DNA from: Mycolicibacterium smegmatis
GTDB taxonomy: Bacteria; Actinomycetota; Actinomycetes; Mycobacteriales; Mycobacteriaceae
Direction: 5' to 3'
Length of the DNA: 32,000 nt
Assembly: GCF_001457595.1 (NCBI RefSeq)
Contig: NZ_LN831039.1
Span: forward strand, 1,170,001-1,202,000
Positions 8,379-17,264 of the stretch are shown piece after piece. The notes below the pieces were generated by a model. That model made no database searches. It was not told the origin of the DNA and saw nothing but the letters and a program-made list of their open reading frames with translations. Within the stretch, counting starts at the first letter, position 1. The number at the start of each line of letters is the position of its first letter. The position numbers were made by a program, and so were the translations under genes.

Positions 8379-9515
8379 TCAGGCGGAGGGGATGAGGAGT
8401 TGGCGCAGCGCGTGTCCGGCGGCGAGATCGTCGAGTGCGGCGGCGGCCTCTTCGAGCGGCCGGCGTCCGGAGATCATCGAGGCAAGGTCGAGGTTTCCGG
8501 CCATGACCTCGTCGACCAGTGCGGGGATGTCGCGCTCGGGCACCGCTGAGCCGTAGTTGGACCCGAGGATGCGCTGGTCGGCCTCGGCGAGGGTCAGCGG
8601 GTCGAAGCTTGCGCGCTCGCCTTGCGGGGGCAGGCCCACGATGACCGCGGCTCCGCCGAGTCCCAGTGCGGCGATGGCCTGTTCGGTGGTGGCGATCTTG
8701 CCGATGGCGTCGAATACGTAGTCGTAGCCGTCGGGCAACACCTCCCGCATGGCGGCCACGACGTCGTCGGTGGCAGAGGCGTCCACGGCGTCGGTGGCGC
8801 CCAGCTTGCGGGCGAGCTCGAGCTTTTCGGCGACGACGTCGACGGCCACGATCCGCGATGCGCCGGCCAGTCGGGCGCCCTGTACACAGGCCAAACCGAC
8901 TCCACCGCAACCGATCACCGCGACCGTCGAGCCGGGCTCGACTCCGGCGGTGTTGCGGACCGCGCCGACGCCGGTGGCGATTGCGCAACCCACGATCGCG
9001 ATGTCCTCAAGGGGTGCGTCCTTGCGGACCTTGATCGCACCATTGCGAGGCACGACGACCTGCTCGGCGTACGACGAGACCCCGAGGTAGTGGTGGACGG
9101 TGCCGCGCTCGTTCGACAACCGGGTGGTGCCGTCGTACAGCGTTCCTTTGACCGCGACGACCGAGGCGACAAGCGAGCACTGTGCGGGCCGCCCGGCCTT
9201 GCAGTAGCGGCACTCTCCGCAGCCCGGCACCCAGCTCAACACGACGTGATCTCCCGGTTCGAGGTCATCGACCCCTTCACCGACCGCGGTGACCACGCCG
9301 GACCCCTCATGCCCCAGCACCACCGGGGCGGGTACGTCCCAGGCGCCGGTCGTGACGTGCAGGTCGGAATGGCAGACACCCGCGGCAGCGATCTTCACCC
9401 GCACCTCGCCGGGCCGGGGATCGGCGAGTTCAACCGACTCGACCGAGATGGTGCCGTCGAAAACTGCAGCTCGGATGCTCGTGGAATGTGGACGATCGTG
9501 GTCAGGTGCGGGCAC
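8379..9515 (-). CDS. Zn-dependent medium-chain alcohol dehydrogenase, NAD(P)-dependent
   Basis: CGVCHSDLHV-type catalytic Zn site (AAGVCHSDLHV), GHEGSGVVTAVGEGV, structural Zn Cys cluster CGECRYCKAGRPAQC, VIGCGGVGL nucleotide-binding loop. GTG 9515 has an AGAAAGG SD; an upstream ATG at 9566 is in frame and is the alternative start. Confidence 0.88.
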   Translation of the reverse strand: MPAPDHDRPHSTSIRAAVFDGTISVESVELADPRPGEVRVKIAAAGVCHSDLHVTTGAWDVPAPVVLGHEGSGVVTAVGEGVDDLEPGDHVVLSWVPGCGECRYCKAGRPAQCSLVASVVAVKGTLYDGTTRLSNERGTVHHYLGVSSYAEQVVVPRNGAIKVRKDAPLEDIAIVGCAIATGVGAVRNTAGVEPGSTVAVIGCGGVGLACVQGARLAGASRIVAVDVVAEKLELARKLGATDAVDASATDDVVAAMREVLPDGYDYVFDAIGKIATTEQAIAALGLGGAAVIVGLPPQGERASFDPLTLAEADQRILGSNYGSAVPERDIPALVDEVMAGNLDLASMISGRRPLEEAAAALDDLAAGHALRQLLIPSA

Positions 9516-9558
9516 CGTATTGCCTTTCTGCTCCGAGGGGCACTCACCGGTATCGTTC

Positions 9559-9594
9559 AGTGCCATAAAACAGCTCGAGGTGTTTTATACCACT
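9559..9594. promoter_or_regulatory. 36-bp near-perfect palindrome in the divergent adh / XRE-cupin regulator region (candidate operator)
   Basis: AGTG-CC-ATAAAACA-G-CTCGAG-G-TGTTTTAT-AC-CACT; 30 of 36 positions agree with the reverse complement. Confidence 0.75.
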
Positions 9595-9666
9595 AAACAA
9601 GTGACCGTCAACACAGTGACGACGACGGATGAGGGTGCATTGACGACGGGCAGTACAGAGTCGGGG

Positions 9667-10236
9667 ATGAGTCGCGCAGGCGCGAGGCTGCGGCAGATCC
9701 GTCGCGAACGTGGCATGAGCCTGACCGACGTCGCGGCCAAGGCCGAGGTGACCAAGGGCTTCCTCAGCCTGGCCGAGCGCGGCATGACGAACGTTTCGGT
9801 CCCCGTCCTGATGCGCATATGCGACGCGCTCGATATCGGCATCGGCGACCTCTTCGAGTATCCGACCGCCCCGATCGTCCGTAGCGGTGCCGGAGCACCA
9901 CTGGAGATGGGTGGACACGGCGTCCGCGAGGAGTTGCTCACCCCGAAGACCGAGCATCACGTCCAGGTCATGCGCACCGTCATGCGGCCGGGGGGAGGTT
10001 CGGGTGGTGCGTACCGACTCGATGCCGCGACCATCGTCGCCTACGTTTTGCGGGGCGCGCTCAGCATCACCGTCGACGGCGAAACCGTGGTGCTCAACGT
10101 CGGCGACTGCCTGACCTTCGGCGCCAAGCAGTTACACGATTGGCACAACCCGACCGCCGGGGAGGCCGAGGTGTTGTGGACCATCGCGCCCCCGGTCGGA
10201 GCCGAGGATTTCTGCGCCGCGGTGCGCGGCGGCTGA
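9667..10236 (+). CDS. XRE-family transcriptional regulator with C-terminal cupin domain
   Basis: HTH LRQIRRERGMSLTDVAAKAEVTKGFLSLAERGMTNVSVPVLMRICDALDI, then a cupin YVLRGALSITVDGETVVLNVGDCLTFGAKQLHDWHNP. A TTG at 9640 is a possible alternative start. Confidence 0.87.
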   Translation: MSRAGARLRQIRRERGMSLTDVAAKAEVTKGFLSLAERGMTNVSVPVLMRICDALDIGIGDLFEYPTAPIVRSGAGAPLEMGGHGVREELLTPKTEHHVQVMRTVMRPGGGSGGAYRLDAATIVAYVLRGALSITVDGETVVLNVGDCLTFGAKQLHDWHNPTAGEAEVLWTIAPPVGAEDFCAAVRGG

Positions 10237-10252
10237 GCCCGAAACTCACACC

Positions 10253-11278
10253 TCAGAAGCCCGAGCTGTGCACCTCGTGGCCGGTCTTCTCGGCCATGAG
10301 CCCGCGATAGGCCTGCTCAACCGACGACCCGTGGTTGATCACGGCGTCGACCTCTCGCGCGATCGGCATGTTCAGGCCGTACTGGTCGGCGAACTCCATG
10401 ATGACGCTCGCGGCTTTGACGCCCTCGGCGACCTGGTTCATCGACGCGATGATCTCGTCGATCTTCTTTCCCGCGCCGAGTTGTTCGCCGACGTGCCGGT
10501 TGCGGCTGCGCTGGCTGGTGCAGGTGACGATGAGATCACCCATGCCGGCCAAACCGGCGAACGTGTCGCGATGCCCGCCTGCGGCCTCGCCCAGCTTCGC
10601 CATCTCGCGCACGGCACGCGCCATGACCATGGCGCGTGTGTTCTCGCCGATGCCCAGGGAGTAGCCCATGCCGACCGCGATCGCATAGACGTTCTTCAAC
10701 GCACCGGCCATCTCGACGCCGATCACATCGTCGGTGGTGTAGGTGCGGAACCGCTTCGTGCGGAACAGCTCTGCGAGTTTCGCCGCAAGGTGCTGATCGG
10801 GCATGGCCAGCACCGCGGCCGCGGCGTAACCCTCGGCGACCTCACGGGCGATGTTCGGTCCGGCGAGGATGCCGGCCGGGTGCCCGGGCAGCACCTCGTC
10901 GACGATCTGGCTCATCCGCAGGTTGGTGCCCTGCTCCAGACCCTTGACCAGGGACACCACCGGAACCCACGGCCGCAGCTCGCGCGCGAGTTCCTGAAGG
11001 ACGCCGCGGAAGCCGTGCGACGGCACGCCCATCACGATGACGTCGGCGCACGCGGCGGCCTCGCTGAAATCGTTCGTGGCCGTGAGCGAGTCGGGTAGGA
11101 CGACGTCGTCACCGAGGTAGCGCGAGTTGCGGTGGTTCTCGTTGATGTCTTTCGCGGTTTCCTCCGATCGCACCCACTGCAACGTGGGCCCGCGCCGCGC
11201 GCAGATCGAGGCGACCGTGGTGCCCCAGGAGCCACCGCCGAGGACGACGACCTTGGGTACGCGTAGCGATGCTGCCAT
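10253..11278 (-). CDS. gpsA: NAD(P)-dependent glycerol-3-phosphate dehydrogenase (GpdA1, Rv0564c-like)
   Basis: VVLGGGSWGTTVASICARRG, LVKGLEQGTNLRMSQI, ALKNVYAIAVGMGYSLGIGENTRAMVM, GLAGMGDLIVTC. Confidence 0.93.
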   Translation of the reverse strand: MAASLRVPKVVVLGGGSWGTTVASICARRGPTLQWVRSEETAKDINENHRNSRYLGDDVVLPDSLTATNDFSEAAACADVIVMGVPSHGFRGVLQELARELRPWVPVVSLVKGLEQGTNLRMSQIVDEVLPGHPAGILAGPNIAREVAEGYAAAAVLAMPDQHLAAKLAELFRTKRFRTYTTDDVIGVEMAGALKNVYAIAVGMGYSLGIGENTRAMVMARAVREMAKLGEAAGGHRDTFAGLAGMGDLIVTCTSQRSRNRHVGEQLGAGKKIDEIIASMNQVAEGVKAASVIMEFADQYGLNMPIAREVDAVINHGSSVEQAYRGLMAEKTGHEVHSSGF

Positions 11279-11815
11279 GGCGATCAGCGTATTGCGCGAG
11301 CCGCTCGTTGACCGGCACTTCGTGAACTAGGGGTACTGACCCTTGCGCCGAGTGTCGGCTTCTGTGCGAGATTCCACAGGGATGTCGCACACAAGCCAAC
11401 GTTCGACAGTGGCAAAGGCTGCTCCGACACCGATCTCGGCAAAGCATCCAGGCCGATTTTCCCATTCGGCGTACACGGTCGAAGTTAACCGGCATACTCT
11501 GCACGAAAACCGGGGATGGGGACCGTTCCGCGGTGGCTGGTTTGTCCGTACATACGCGGTGCGGCTCGCGCGTCTCGGTGAGAGCCGTCAAAGGTGTTGA
11601 TGCACTACAACTTACGTTGCCGATAATTTATAGCCGACCGCTTCGGTTCGCGGGCCGAGGAAAACGGGAGCCAGCGCCCCGCACGCTGCGAATTCCGTAG
11701 CCAAACGCCGATAAGTGAATGATTATTCGCCTGACTGTTGACGCCGTGAGACGGCCACAGCTACGGTGCCAACCACTGCGAGTTACCCGTGGGGGACGGC
11801 TCGTTACCGGGAGGA

Positions 11816-11848
11816 ATGATGGTGTCGACGCGTGACGGGATCGGATGA
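11816..11848 (+). CDS. Possible leader ORF MMVSTRDGIG* overlapping the yrbEA start codon
   Basis: GGGAGGA precedes ATGATGGTG; the TGA at 11846-11848 overlaps the ATG 11845-11847 (ATGA). Confidence 0.4.
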   Translation: MMVSTRDGIG

Positions 11849-12714
11849 CCACGTCGCCTGACCGTGTGTCGGATGGGGGAGCACCGGAGCGCGGGACCGA
11901 CGCGATCGAGAAGTGGGCCACCGGTTACGTCCGACGCCATCCGATCGCCTCGCTGACCACCGTCGGCGATCAGTTCGTCCTCGGCGTGCGCACCGTCCAA
12001 TACCTGTTCACCGAGCTCTTCACCGGCCGGTTCCAATGGCAGGAATTCATCCGGCAGGGCGCCTTCATGGCGGGCACCGCCGTGGTGCCGACGGTGCTGG
12101 TGGCCCTGCCCATCGGCGTCACCCTCTCCATCCAGTTCGCGCTGCTGGCCGGCCAGGTGGGTGCGACGTCGCTCGCCGGTGCGGCCAGCGGGCTCGCGGT
12201 GATCCGGCAGGCCGCATCGCTGACCGCGGCCGTGCTCATGGCCGCGGCGGTGGGCTCGGCAATCACCGCCGATCTCGGTTCCCGCAAGATGCGCGAAGAG
12301 ACCGACGCCATGGAGGTCATGGGGGTCTCGGTGATCAAGCGTCTCGTCGTGCCGCGCTTCGCCGCGGCCATCATGATCGGCGTCGCGCTGACCGGCGTGG
12401 TGTGCTTCGTCGGATTCCTCGCGAGCTTCCTGTTCAACGTCTACTTCCAGGACGGCGCACCCGGCAGCTTCGTGGCCACCTTCGCGTCGTTCGCGACGAC
12501 GGGCGACATGATCGTTGCGTTGATCAAGGCGGTGATCTTCGGCGCGATCGTGGCCGTGGTGTCGTGTCAGAAGGGGCTGTCCACCGTGGGCGGGCCGACG
12601 GGCGTGGCCAACTCGGTGAACGCCGCGGTGGTCGAATCGATCCTGCTGCTGATGGTCGTCAACGTCGCGATCAGCCAGCTCTACATCATGCTGTTCCCGC
12701 GGGTGGGGCTGTGA
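11845..12714 (+). CDS. yrbEA: YrbE/MlaE-family ABC permease, first subunit of the mce operon
   Basis: 289 aa; FVLGVRTVQYLFTELFTGRFQWQEFIRQGAFMAGTAVVPTVLVALPIGVTLSIQFA, EETDAMEVMGVSVIKRLVVPRF. Confidence 0.93.
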   Translation: MTTSPDRVSDGGAPERGTDAIEKWATGYVRRHPIASLTTVGDQFVLGVRTVQYLFTELFTGRFQWQEFIRQGAFMAGTAVVPTVLVALPIGVTLSIQFALLAGQVGATSLAGAASGLAVIRQAASLTAAVLMAAAVGSAITADLGSRKMREETDAMEVMGVSVIKRLVVPRFAAAIMIGVALTGVVCFVGFLASFLFNVYFQDGAPGSFVATFASFATTGDMIVALIKAVIFGAIVAVVSCQKGLSTVGGPTGVANSVNAAVVESILLLMVVNVAISQLYIMLFPRVGL

Positions 12715-12715
12715 C

Positions 12716-13573
12716 ATGACCGCGTCGCCGTACGTCCCGACACTGCTCGCGCCGTGGGTGCGCTTCGGGCAGCGTGCCTCGAAGCCGATCGTGCGCCTCG
12801 GGCACATGCTCGTGTTCTTCGTGCGCGCGGTCGCGGCGATACCGATCGTGCTGCGGCACTACCGCGGCGAGTTCGTGCGGTTGCTGTCCGACATCGCCTG
12901 GGGCAACGGATCTCTCGTCGTCGGCGGCGGTACCGCCGGTGTGGCCGTGGTGCTGGGCATCACCGTCGGCGCCCTCGTCGGCATCGAGGGCTACAACTTC
13001 CTGGACCTGCTCGGCCTCGGACCGGCGACGGGCATCATCTCGTCACTGGTCAACACGCGTGAGCTCGCGCCGATCGCGGCGTCGCTGGCGTTCGCCACGC
13101 AGGCGGGCTGCCGCTTCACCGCGCAACTCGGCTCGATGCGCATCGCCGAGGAGATCGACGCGCTCGATTCCATTGCGATCCGGCCGATCCCGTATCTGGT
13201 GACGACGCGGCTGATGGCCGCGGTGGTCGCGGTGATCCCGCTGTACGTGATGTGCCTGGCGGTGAGCTACCTGACCACCCAGACCGTGGTGTTCCTGATC
13301 AGCGGCGGGTCGACGGGTTCATATCTGCACTACTTCACGTTGATGCTGTCCGGCCAGGACATCCTGTACTCGCTGCTGAAGACCATCATCTTCGTGTGGA
13401 TCGCCTCCACGGTGCAGTGCTACTACGGTTTCTACGCATCGGGCGGCCCGGTGGGCGTCGGTGTCGCGGCCGGACACGCCATGCGGGCCAGCATCACCGT
13501 GGTGATCATCGTCAACATGCTGCTGACCATGGCGTTGTGGTCGGTGGATTCGGGTGCACGGTTCGGCGGTTGA
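12716..13573 (+). CDS. yrbEB: YrbE/MlaE-family ABC permease, second subunit
   Basis: 285 aa; FATQAGCRFTAQLGSMRIAEEIDALDSIAIRPIPYLVTTRLMA; immediately follows the first YrbE gene. Confidence 0.93.
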   Translation: MTASPYVPTLLAPWVRFGQRASKPIVRLGHMLVFFVRAVAAIPIVLRHYRGEFVRLLSDIAWGNGSLVVGGGTAGVAVVLGITVGALVGIEGYNFLDLLGLGPATGIISSLVNTRELAPIAASLAFATQAGCRFTAQLGSMRIAEEIDALDSIAIRPIPYLVTTRLMAAVVAVIPLYVMCLAVSYLTTQTVVFLISGGSTGSYLHYFTLMLSGQDILYSLLKTIIFVWIASTVQCYYGFYASGGPVGVGVAAGHAMRASITVVIIVNMLLTMALWSVDSGARFGG

Positions 13574-13574
13574 C

Positions 13575-15179
13575 ATGGGGAACTCGATCGAACTCGACGG
13601 GCGCGGGCCATCCGAGAGGCAGCTTCTGGCCTGCGGGCTCGCCGTTCTGGTTGTTGCAGGGCTGATCTCGACGGTGCTGCTGGTCAAGGCGACCGGACGG
13701 CTCGACCCGTACGTCCGGGTGGTGGCCGCGCTGATCAACGTCGGTGACGGCCTGCCGCAGCGCTCCGACGTCAAGTACCACGGTGTGCTGGTCGGCATGG
13801 TCGAGGACGTCACCCCAGCCGCACACGGTGAACCCAACTACGTCCACATCAATCTGAATCCCGAGTACGCGTCGTCGATTCCGAGCACGGTGACTGCCCG
13901 AGTGGTGCCCAGCAACGTGTTCGCGGTGTCGTCGGTGCAGTTGGTCGACCGCGACGGCGGGGCAGGCCCGGCGATCTCGGCCGGTGCGCAGATCCCCGAG
14001 GACACCGAACTTCCGACGGTGTTGTTTCAGACCACCATCAGCAAGCTGCGCGACATCCTCGCCGCCACCGGCCGCGGCCGCGAGGACCGCACGGTGGGTG
14101 TGCTCGCCGCAGTCAACGCCGCCACTGAGGGCCGCCGCACCGAATTGCTCACCAGCGGTGCGCAATTGAACCGTCTCATCGACGAGGTCGATTCGATCGT
14201 CGCGACCGACCCGTCCGCACCCACCACGGTGTCGACGCTGATCGAGGCCACCCGCGGTCTGCAACAGACCGCGCCGGAACTGGTCGACGCGCTGCACACG
14301 GCCGTGCGGCCGATGCAGACCCTGGTGGAGCAGCGGTCCCAGCTCGACTCGCTGATCAGCGCGGGCATGAACACCCTCGACACCACACGCACCGCGCTGA
14401 ACAACCACACCGACCGGCTGGTCAAGATCACCTCCGAGCTGACGCCCGTGGTGGGCAACCTGGCCGACACCTCACACCACTGGCTGCCCGCGTTCGTCAA
14501 GCTGAACAACCTGTCCGACAAGTTCTTCGACGAGGTGTGGCGGCCCGAACGCAACGTCGGCAACATGCGGATGAACCTGTCGTTCACCCCGAGCTACACC
14601 TACACCCGCGCGGACTGCCCGCAGTACGGAGAACTCAAGGGACCCAGCTGCTTCACCGCTCCGCTGGTGGTGACGCGGCCCGCGCTGCCCGACCAGATGC
14701 TGCCGCGCAACTACCAGCCGCCAAAGGACCTGGCGCCCCCGCCGGGCACCGTCGTGGGCGAGAACGGGAACCTGGTCGCGGTCGGTCCTCCGCTGATCAA
14801 CCCGAATCCCAGCCTGGCCGACCCGAATCCGCCGCTGCCGCCGTGGATGGCGCCCGCGCCGCCGGTACCCGGCACGGCCAACTCGGCGTTGCCCGTGACC
14901 CCGCCGCCCGGGGTCAACCAGTCACCGTTGGCACCGGTCGCGCCGAAACCGGGCAGCCCGCCCCCACCGGCGCCCGCGCCCGGCCCGCTGCCCGCCGAAG
15001 CCGCGCCGGCGTCGTTCGGCGGCAACGTCGGGCCGGTAGGCAGCGAACAGGAACGGGTGACGCTCAGCGTGATCACCGGTCAGCCGGCCAGCACGGCAAC
15101 CCAGCTGCTGCTGGGGCCGGTGGCCCGCGGCACCACCGTGTCGCTTGCCGAACCCACTGCAGGAGAGGAGCCCCGATGA
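13575..15179 (+). CDS. mceA: Mce-family protein, A position, with a long Pro-rich C-terminal tail
   Basis: Single N-terminal TM, LPQRSDVKYHGVLVGMVEDV Mce domain, C-terminal PPLPPWMAPAPPVPG...; the stop overlaps the next start. Confidence 0.9.
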   Translation: MGNSIELDGRGPSERQLLACGLAVLVVAGLISTVLLVKATGRLDPYVRVVAALINVGDGLPQRSDVKYHGVLVGMVEDVTPAAHGEPNYVHINLNPEYASSIPSTVTARVVPSNVFAVSSVQLVDRDGGAGPAISAGAQIPEDTELPTVLFQTTISKLRDILAATGRGREDRTVGVLAAVNAATEGRRTELLTSGAQLNRLIDEVDSIVATDPSAPTTVSTLIEATRGLQQTAPELVDALHTAVRPMQTLVEQRSQLDSLISAGMNTLDTTRTALNNHTDRLVKITSELTPVVGNLADTSHHWLPAFVKLNNLSDKFFDEVWRPERNVGNMRMNLSFTPSYTYTRADCPQYGELKGPSCFTAPLVVTRPALPDQMLPRNYQPPKDLAPPPGTVVGENGNLVAVGPPLINPNPSLADPNPPLPPWMAPAPPVPGTANSALPVTPPPGVNQSPLAPVAPKPGSPPPPAPAPGPLPAEAAPASFGGNVGPVGSEQERVTLSVITGQPASTATQLLLGPVARGTTVSLAEPTAGEEPR

Positions 15180-16231
15180 AGATCCGCGGTGCGCTCATCG
15201 GACTGTCGTTGTTCATGGTCGTGGCGCTGACGCTGACGTGGATGGTCTATGTGACGCTACGTCGCGACGTGGCCGGGCGAACCGTGCCGTACACAGCGGT
15301 GTTCACCGACGTGTTCGGGCTGCGCGAGGGCGACGACGTGCGCATGGCCGGCGTGCGCGTCGGCCGCGTCGAGAAGATCGAACTCGACGGCAAGCACGCC
15401 AAGGTGTCGTTCGTGGTGCAGGCCGACCAGCAGGTGTTCGGCAACACCGTCGCGTCGGTGACCTACCAGAACATCGTCGGACAGCGGTATCTCGGCCTGT
15501 CCCTGGGCAAGGAGGGCGATCCCACGCTGTTGCCCGCAGGCAGCGTGATCCCGCTCGAACGCACCGACCCGTCGTTCGACGTCGGGACGCTGCTCAACGG
15601 CTACGAGCCGCTGTTCAGCGTGCTCGACCCGAAATACGCGAACAACCTCACCGAGGGCGTCATCCAGTCGCTGCAGGGCGACCAGGGCTCCATCACGGCG
15701 CTGATCGACCAGACCGCCCAGCTCACCGAGGCGTTCGCGGGACGCGACGAGGAACTCGGCAGCGTGATCACGGATCTGAACGCCGTGGCCGCCAACCTGG
15801 CCCGGCACAACGACGACCTGGACCACATCGTGTCGGAGGCGCAGTCGGTCGTGGCGACGTTCGAGGCGCGCAGACCCGAGCTGGTGGAGTCGATGGGCTC
15901 GATCGCCAAGGTGGTGCGCCAGTTGTCGACGATCTCCGACGAGGTGTACCCGTCCCTCCATGAAATGGTCCAGCGCCAGCCCGGTTTCGCTGCGCACATG
16001 TTGGGGATCGAACCGCAGTTGGCGTTCGTGGGTGCCAATCTTCCGCTGATGCTGAAGGGATTCGCGCGGATCACCCAGGAGGGCACATACGCCAACGCCT
16101 ACCTGTGTGACCTGAACGCCACCGCGTTCTTCCCGGGGCTCAACGACGTCACGCCGATCATCGTCGACGCGGCGACCCCCGGCAACAAGGCGCAGCACAC
16201 CCCCAAGTGCAGGAGCATGGCCAATGGCTGA
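15176..16231 (+). CDS. mceB: Mce-family protein, B position
   Basis: MKIRGALIGLSLFMVVALTL TM; FGLREGDDVRMAGVRVGRVEKIELDGKHAKVSF Mce domain; ATGA overlap with mceA. Confidence 0.9.
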   Translation: MKIRGALIGLSLFMVVALTLTWMVYVTLRRDVAGRTVPYTAVFTDVFGLREGDDVRMAGVRVGRVEKIELDGKHAKVSFVVQADQQVFGNTVASVTYQNIVGQRYLGLSLGKEGDPTLLPAGSVIPLERTDPSFDVGTLLNGYEPLFSVLDPKYANNLTEGVIQSLQGDQGSITALIDQTAQLTEAFAGRDEELGSVITDLNAVAANLARHNDDLDHIVSEAQSVVATFEARRPELVESMGSIAKVVRQLSTISDEVYPSLHEMVQRQPGFAAHMLGIEPQLAFVGANLPLMLKGFARITQEGTYANAYLCDLNATAFFPGLNDVTPIIVDAATPGNKAQHTPKCRSMANG

Positions 16232-17264
16232 GGCGCGAAAGGCCAGGCGGCGCAAACCGCTCGAGAGCTACAACCGCCTGTGGCTCGGTGTCGTCGCGGT
16301 CGCCGTGGTGTCGGTGCTGATCGGGGCGATGCTGCTGGTGCGGGTCGCCGACATCGGCTATACGCAGTACACCGCGCGGTTCCTGCAGGCCGCCGCGCTC
16401 AAGGCGGGCAACCCGGTGACGGTGGCCGGCATCCCGGTCGGTGAGGTCAAGAGCATGCGGCTGGCCGGGGACCACGTCGAGGCGAAGATCAAGGTGCGCA
16501 ACGACGTTGGTCTCGGCAAGGATTCGCGCGCCAAGATCATGGTGACGACCATCCTCGGTTCGCGGTATCTGTCACTGGAACCCGCGGGTGACGGGACGCT
16601 CCCGGACAGGACTTTCGACCTTTCGCACACCGACGTGCCGTACGACCTGCAGGAGGCGCTGACCGACGTCACCACGACGTTCGAGAAGGTCGACTCCGAC
16701 AAGTTCGCCGAGACGCTGCAGATCCTCGGTTCCCAGTTGGAGACGCTGCCGCCGGTGATCCCGCAGGCGCTGGAGAACACCCACACGCTGTCGACGATCA
16801 TCGCCCAGCGCCGCGATCAGCTCGGTGAGCTGCTCAAGACCACCGAGCTGATCAGCAACACGCTGTATCGGCAGAAGTCCACCATCGGAAGCCTGATGAA
16901 CCAGAGCAACTCGCTGCTGGCGGAATTCGTGGCCCGGCGCGCGACCTTCCACGCGATGATGGACGCGCTGACCAACCTGGTGCAGACGTTGAGCGGCATC
17001 GTCATCGACGACCGTCCGGAGCTGGAGAAACTGGTCGAGGATCTGCGCCAACTGTCCTCGCTGCTCAGCAAGAACGACGGCATGCTCCGCAGCATCCTGC
17101 AGACCGCACCGATCGCGTTGCGCAACATCGCCAACATGACCGGCACCGGCAACGCCATCGACTTCAACTCCTCCAGCGGCCTGCTGGTCGACTCCTGGAT
17201 GTGCGCGATCAGTGGCCGCGCCAAGCAGTTCGGCATGATCCAGTACTTCCAGGACTGCAAATGA
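16224..17264 (+). CDS. mceC: Mce-family protein, C position
   Basis: AALKAGNPVTVAGIPVGEVKSMRLAGDHVEAKIKV Mce domain; 8-nt overlap with mceB. Confidence 0.9.
   Translation: MAEARKARRRKPLESYNRLWLGVVAVAVVSVLIGAMLLVRVADIGYTQYTARFLQAAALKAGNPVTVAGIPVGEVKSMRLAGDHVEAKIKVRNDVGLGKDSRAKIMVTTILGSRYLSLEPAGDGTLPDRTFDLSHTDVPYDLQEALTDVTTTFEKVDSDKFAETLQILGSQLETLPPVIPQALENTHTLSTIIAQRRDQLGELLKTTELISNTLYRQKSTIGSLMNQSNSLLAEFVARRATFHAMMDALTNLVQTLSGIVIDDRPELEKLVEDLRQLSSLLSKNDGMLRSILQTAPIALRNIANMTGTGNAIDFNSSSGLLVDSWMCAISGRAKQFGMIQYFQDCK

Noticed and set aside
7329-8549. Plus-strand 406 aa ORF antisense to the permease
   Set aside because: Composition (DHDDxR-rich) is typical of antisense high-GC frames; the minus-strand permease has real TM and family motifs.
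14537-15175. Upstream extension of the mceB ORF
   Set aside because: The mce domain and TM begin at ATG 15176, which overlaps the mceA stop; the extension overlaps mceA in another frame.
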